A DNA stretch of 64,000 bases, taken from the NCBI GenBank assembly GCA_034780895.1, contig JAUZTB010000076.1, positions 22,110,912 to 22,174,911 on the forward strand, given 5' to 3'. This DNA comes from Rhynchobatus australiae. Its lineage: Eukaryota. The notes under the pieces are model-generated. The model was given only the letters and a program-made list of their open reading frames with translations, was not told the origin of the DNA and did not search any database. Shown in pieces: positions 63,630-64,000 of this stretch. A program made the position numbers and the translations under genes. How positions within the stretch are numbered: position 1 is the stretch's first letter; every line of letters starts with the position of its first letter.

Positions 63630-64000
63630 CAGGTAGAAAAGAGGTGGAATGAATGGATCTGCAGAGAAGTTGAGGATTTAGCAGCAAATGGGCGATAAAG
63701 TGATGGGGATCAATTACAGAGTGGAAAAAGGAGGCTGGTGGTTTCAGAACTGCCGGTGACCTAATTGGTAAACAAGACATAAGGTGCACCGACAAAAACC
63801 AGCATGTGGAGGTTATGGGTAGTGTGTGGTTATAGGTCAGTGATTTTTTTTTTATGGACTTCAGCTTTCAGTATATTGACAGGCTTGCAAACATTAGGAA
63901 GGTGTATTTATAGGTGCTGAAGTAAGTAATGTGTTTGGGAAGATTAAGTAATTCTGATTATGCAGCATGAGAGCAGGTGAGGGAAAAGGGAGCACAGCAG
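63630..64000 (-). mobile_element. Decayed L2-like LINE fragment
   Basis: gtggaggttatgggtagtgtgtggttataggtcagtga...ggacttcagc...attgacagg; purine-rich reverse L2 pattern also at about 63300-63470. Confidence 0.5.

Noticed and set aside
1-64000. CRISPR arrays, prokaryotic operons or defence systems
   Set aside because: The sequence is vertebrate non-coding DNA, with no regularly spaced direct repeats and no gene-dense ORFs.

Overview
Vertebrate non-coding genomic DNA from a draft assembly with many N gaps. The repeats (V-SINEs, Deu-domain SINEs, CR1 and L2 LINEs, Penelope-like terminal repeats, Harbinger relics) point to a cartilaginous fish, probably a ray/batoid; this is inferred from repeat families only. 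I found no recognisable intact protein-coding gene: the ORF track is mostly transposon fragments, microsatellite read-through and N-gap artefacts. The clearest functional content is a complete + strand miR-23/miR-27/miR-24 microRNA cluster, with hairpins at about 16.2, 18.1 and 23.4 kb. It spans about 7.2 kb and pairs a miR-23b-type 3p arm with a miR-27a-type 3p arm. Around it are candidate non-coding exons (possible pri-miRNA host transcript), candidate conserved non-coding elements, several decayed PIF/Harbinger transposons (transposase and Myb/SANT genes), Penelope-like repeats with hammerhead-ribozyme-like motifs, and several nested insertions. Repeat boundaries were read by eye and are approximate. 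I see no strong evidence for a wholly new biological system.
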